64,000 nt of DNA, from the NCBI RefSeq assembly GCF_963921235.1, contig NC_086109.1, positions 35,652,001 to 35,716,000 on the forward strand. Reading direction: 5' to 3'. The translations under genes were made by a program, and so were the position numbers. The notes beneath the pieces are model-generated. The model did no database searches and was not told the DNA's origin. It saw only the letters and a list, made by a program, of their open reading frames with translations. Positions within the stretch are counted from its first letter, which is position 1. Each line of letters begins with the position of its first letter. Shown here in pieces: positions 63,108-64,000 of the stretch. The stretch comes from Mobula hypostoma (taxonomy: Eukaryota).

Positions 63108-64000
63108 GTGATGGAGAGATTGTCTACAGAGTCTCTAAGGGTGGAAGTAAGGAACAGGAAGGTGTCAATAACTCAACTGGGTGTTTTTATAGACCACCCA
63201 ATAGTAACGGACATCAAGGAGCTGATAGGGAGACGGATTCTGGAAAGGTGTAGTAATAACAGGGTTATCATAATGGGAGATTTTAATTTCCCCAAAATTG
63301 ATTATTATCTCCCTAGAGCAAGGGGTTTAGATGGGGTGGAGTTTGTTAGGTGTGTTCAGGAAGGTTTCCTGACACAATATGTTGATAAGCCTACAAGAGG
63401 AGAGGCTGTACCTGATCTGGTATTGGGAAATGAACCTTGTCAGGTGTCAGGTCTCTCAATGGGAGAGCATTTTGGAGATAGTGATCACAATTCTATCTTC
63501 TTTACAATAGCATTGGAGAGGGATAGGAACAGACAAGTTAGGAAAGCATTTAATTGGAGTAAGGGGAAATATGAAGCTATCAGGCAGGAACCTGGAAGCA
63601 TAAATTGGGAACAGATGTTCTCAGGGAAATGTACGACAGAAATGTGGCAAATGTTCAGGAGATATCTGCGTGGCGTTCTGCAGGTACGTTCCAATAAGAC
63701 AGGAAAAGGATGGTAGGGTACAGGAACTATGGCATATAATGGCAGTTGAAAATCTAGTCAAAACAAAACAAAAAGCTTACAAAAGGTTCAAAAAGCAAGA
63801 TAATGATAGAGATATAGAAAATTATAAGGTAGGCAGGAAGCAGCTTAAGGATGAAATTAGGAGAGCCAGAAGGAGTCATGAGAAGGCCTTGGCGAGCAGG
63901 GCTAAGGAAAACCCCAAGGCATTCTACAAGTATATGAAGAGCAAAAGGATAAGACATGAGAGAAAAGGACCAATCAAGTGTGACAGTGGAAAAGTGTGCA
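63108..64000 (+). mobile_element. CR1 LINE ORF2, APE endonuclease region, running off the window
   Basis: IIMGDFNFPKID, FLTQYVDKPTRGEAVPDLVLGNEP, GDSDHNSI, KENPKAFYKY. Confidence 0.92.

Noticed and set aside
1..64000. CRISPR arrays, prokaryotic operons, rRNA genes
   Set aside because: No regular repeat-spacer array or rRNA motifs; the sequence is eukaryotic TE-rich DNA

Overview
Vertebrate genomic DNA dominated by transposable elements, with no confidently identifiable host exon (intronic or intergenic). The repeat landscape (CR1 LINEs with TTCTATG-type tails, Rex1/Babar, Penelope-like elements, DeuSINE relics) suggests a cartilaginous fish, probably a ray; this is inference. The standout is a young 4.9-kb LTR retrotransposon at 8337-13247 (minus strand) with ~98.5% identical LTRs, an ATAC TSD, a tRNA-Pro-like PBS and a PPT. 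Its single 969-aa ORF has intact-looking Gag (capsid/SCAN-like + CCHC) and protease, fused in frame to vestiges of integrase, RT and RNase H in Gmr1 order, with all three catalytic cores missing. It sits at the very end of an older, also RT-deleted Sushi-like Gypsy element. Other content: a decayed Mag-like Gypsy carrying nested R4/Dong-like, Vingi-like, LTR and CR1 insertions; a Penelope inverted-repeat unit with hammerhead-like cores; hAT and Tigger-type DNA transposon relics; a solo LTR; and a TE-poor segment with RFX/E-box motifs. All family calls come from motif recognition by eye, not database searches.
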